A stretch of DNA of 59,286 nucleotides from Sulfurimonas sp. MAG313. Lineage in GTDB: Bacteria > Campylobacterota > Campylobacteria > Campylobacterales > Sulfurimonadaceae. Of this stretch, positions 57,486-59,286 are shown piece after piece. Where the stretch lies: positions 1 to 59,286 of the forward strand of contig JAEMVE010000164.1 of the NCBI GenBank assembly GCA_029216045.1, in the 5' to 3' direction. The position numbers and the translations under genes were made by a program. The notes beneath the pieces are model-generated. The model did not search any database, had not been told where the DNA came from, and was given only the letters and a program-made list of their open reading frames with translations. Within the stretch, counting starts at the first letter, position 1. Every line of letters begins with the position of its first letter.

Positions 57486-57841
57486 CTATTTCTTAGAAAA
57501 TTGTACCATAAAAATATATTGTAAAAAATTGGACATATAAAGCCGAAACATAGCGATATAAGCTGCTATTTCTTCTCTTATATCGGTTAGGTCTCCATCT
57601 TTTAGAGCTATTAGTAACTTTTTAAACAGAGCTATCCCGATAAGGTTAAGTAGACGCTTGAAATTATAGGTAAACATGATGAGGGCATTTTCCCCTTGCA
57701 CCTTCTTTTTACTTCTGACTAAGAAGTGATTCCAGCCTAGGTTTCTTTTTATAGTCCCAAAGGGATGTTCAACGATTGAGCCTCTTTTTTTGTAAAGGGC
57801 TTTTGCTTCGGGTGTTTTCATATTTTGATTATAAGTATCTA
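57486..57841 (-). pseudogene. C-terminal fragment of an IS5/IS1182-family DDE transposase gene, cut by the IS3-family insertion.
   Basis: RGSIVEHPFGTIKRNLGWNHFLVRSKKKVQGENALIMFTYNFKRLLNLIG is a typical C-terminus of IS5/IS1182-type transposases. The first 22 nt of the track ORF (57842-57863) are actually the IS3 terminal repeat. Confidence 0.7.
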
Positions 57842-59166
57842 TACTACCCCAAATAAACGACACAACTTTTTCTAAATCCTTATTCCACCTTTAACTGTAA
57901 CCTTATCCTACATTTTCAGTAAGATCAGCAGCCTCCTGCATATTGATTTTTAAACTTTCATAATAAACATTCATTGGCTTCTTGTAATCCAAAGTCTGGT
58001 GAAAACGTTTGTAATTGTAAAAGTTCATATAGTCTTTGAGGTCTTCTTTTAACTCTTTGATTGTGTGGTATTCATTCAGATAAATACATTCACATTTAGC
58101 ACTTCTCCAGAAGCGTTCTATCGCGATATTATCAGTTGCTCTTCCTTTACCATCCATTGAAATTGTGATACTCATATCTTTTAATCGTTGGGTGTGAATT
58201 AAACTTGTGTATTGACTGCCTTGGTCTGTATTAAATATTTCAGGTTTGTCATATTTGAACAGTGCTTCATTAAGGACATCCATAACCAAAGCCGTATCCA
58301 TTGTATTTGAGATTCGATAAGATAGTATTGCCTTTGAATACCAATCAATTACAGCTGCTAGATACACCATTCCGCCGGCTATCTTTATATAAGTAATGTC
58401 GGTTGACCATACTTGATTTGCATGGTTGATGTCTAAGCCTCTTAAGGCATAAGGATATTTCTTATGTTCTTTTATCGGTATGGTTGTATTTACGAGTTTA
58501 ACGGCTAGAATAGCCTTGTACCCAGCTTCTTTAAAGTACTTTTCTACTGTATTTAAGCTCACAACAGCACCTTCTTCAAGGAGCTGTTTATATACTTTAA
58601 TCGCTCCATATATAGGGATCTCTTCATGGATCTTTTTGATATGGTGCATAAGAGATTCCTTTTTTATATTGTGTGTTTTAGTACGATATAAAGAACCCCT
58701 GTTTAATGAGATCAACTCACATTGCTTTGAGATAGATAATGTTGTTAGCTTAGACTCTATAAGGGTCTTTTTATTTATCGAGTCCAAGCTGTTTAACTTT
58801 CCCCGCATCCAATTATTCTCCACAGTTATTTGACCTACTGTCTTCGCGTATTCATCATTTTTATCTTGAAGCTCTTTGATCTCTTCTTTGTATTCTTTGA
58901 CCGCTTTCGCAGGTTCCATTGCTATCTCTGCGTTGGCTAAAAAAGTAGCTTGCCAGTTCTGTAAATTCTTTTTTAATATCTCATGTTCAATAGCTATCTC
59001 TTCTAATGGCCTTTCGTTTCTTAATACTTCTAGCACTAACTTTGTCTTAAATGCTGTGGTATATACTTTTCGCGTTCTGCTCATATCTCACCTCTCTTAT
59101 TCTTCTTATTTTAGCTTTTTTAGAATAAGGATTTGATTTTTGTTGTGTCAGGTTCTTGGGGTAGTA
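57842..59166 (-). mobile_element. Complete IS3-family insertion sequence (1325 bp) with ~45-bp imperfect terminal inverted repeats.
   Basis: Left end, plus strand: TACTACCCCAAataaacGACACAACtttttcTAAATCCTTATTC. Right end, reverse complement of 59123-59166: TACTACCCCAAgaacctGACACAACaaaaatcAAATCCTTATTC. These repeats enclose the transposase ORF. Confidence 0.8.
57903..59084 (-). CDS. IS3-family transposase: HTH/leucine-zipper OrfA-like part fused in a single frame to the rve integrase core.
   Basis: The N-terminal YTTAFKTKLVLEV is the IS3 OrfA-type HTH. The DDE core is WSTDITYI ... FNTDQGSQYTS ... ERFWRSAKCE. It is a single 393-codon ORF. Confidence 0.9.
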   Translation of the reverse strand: MSRTRKVYTTAFKTKLVLEVLRNERPLEEIAIEHEILKKNLQNWQATFLANAEIAMEPAKAVKEYKEEIKELQDKNDEYAKTVGQITVENNWMRGKLNSLDSINKKTLIESKLTTLSISKQCELISLNRGSLYRTKTHNIKKESLMHHIKKIHEEIPIYGAIKVYKQLLEEGAVVSLNTVEKYFKEAGYKAILAVKLVNTTIPIKEHKKYPYALRGLDINHANQVWSTDITYIKIAGGMVYLAAVIDWYSKAILSYRISNTMDTALVMDVLNEALFKYDKPEIFNTDQGSQYTSLIHTQRLKDMSITISMDGKGRATDNIAIERFWRSAKCECIYLNEYHTIKELKEDLKDYMNFYNYKRFHQTLDYKKPMNVYYESLKINMQEAADLTENVG

Positions 59167-59263
59167 CATTATCATAAGCAGGTGCGCCAGCTACATTACT
59201 TTTAGCAATACCGTTTTTATTAAGTGTTTTTCTTAACTTTTCAAAATCTATAATTGAATCTTA
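59167..59263 (-). pseudogene. 97-bp internal fragment of the same IS5/IS1182-like transposase gene, trapped between two IS3 ends.
   Basis: Only one of the three minus-strand frames is open (DSIIDFEKLRKTLNKNGIAKSNVAGAPAYDN). It runs in frame into 57841 downward once 57842-59166 is removed. Confidence 0.4.
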
Positions 59264-59286
59264 TACTACCCCAAGAACCTGACACA
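59264..59286 (+). mobile_element. First 23 bp of a second copy of the IS3-family element, truncated by the window edge.
   Basis: TACTACCCCAAGAACCTGACACA is identical (23/23) to the transposase-proximal end of the complete copy (reverse complement of 59144-59166). This implies a head-to-head second copy. Confidence 0.6.

Noticed and set aside
58480-59136. 117-aa and 86-aa plus-strand ORFs opposite the IS3 transposase.
   Set aside because: They are antisense shadows of the transposase gene. The second runs into the terminal repeat.
1-59286. Search by eye for CRISPR arrays, tRNA, rRNA and long tandem repeats.
   Set aside because: I found no regularly spaced direct repeats, no cloverleaf-like GC-rich ~75-nt islands in the intergenic gaps and no rRNA-like conserved blocks. 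Absence is judged by eye only and should be confirmed with tRNAscan-SE, Infernal and a CRISPR finder.

Overview
This is a 59.3-kb low-GC chromosomal segment. Gene content and housekeeping synteny point to Campylobacterota: pheS-pheT-aroA-ispH-rpsA-x-serA with a divergent HIT gene, hisG-coaX, argH and pal-ybgF. I saw no rRNA, tRNA or CRISPR array.

From left to right the window contains:
1. The 3' end of a hybrid sensor gene (REC end plus Hpt domain).
2. A Wadjet/JetABCD (MksBEFG-like) defence operon on the minus strand (1689-7906). It has an uncharacterised fifth gene. Its SMC-like jetC is split by a frameshift in an A6 run. The operon is bracketed by a ~21-bp imperfect inverted repeat and a 38-codon relic of a RibD_C/DHFR-family gene.
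3. Small accessory genes: a membrane protein, a lipoprotein, a cupin and two SAM methyltransferases.
4. The most unusual feature, an ~18-kb six-gene minus-strand operon (13343-31414) plus a convergent gene (11064-13316). Together they carry recognisable homologues of all three poly-gamma-glutamate synthase components (PgsB/CapB, PgsC/CapC, CapA/PgsA), but embedded in giant fusion proteins. These sit beside a 1628-aa OmpA-domain protein, a 797-aa anchored protein, a secreted hydrolase-like protein and a CHASE2 histidine-kinase-like sensor. I read this as a candidate undescribed envelope-spanning polyamide synthesis and export system.
5. A LapG/LapD-type c-di-GMP module in which the LapG-like catalytic Cys position is Ser.
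6. A conserved housekeeping block in which serA is split by the same kind of A6 frameshift as jetC.
7. More signalling and envelope genes.
8. A nested insertion-sequence cluster at the right edge. A complete 1325-bp IS3-family element and the first 23 bp of a second, inverted copy both interrupt an IS5/IS1182-like transposase gene.

All functional calls rest on motif recognition by eye. No database search was run.
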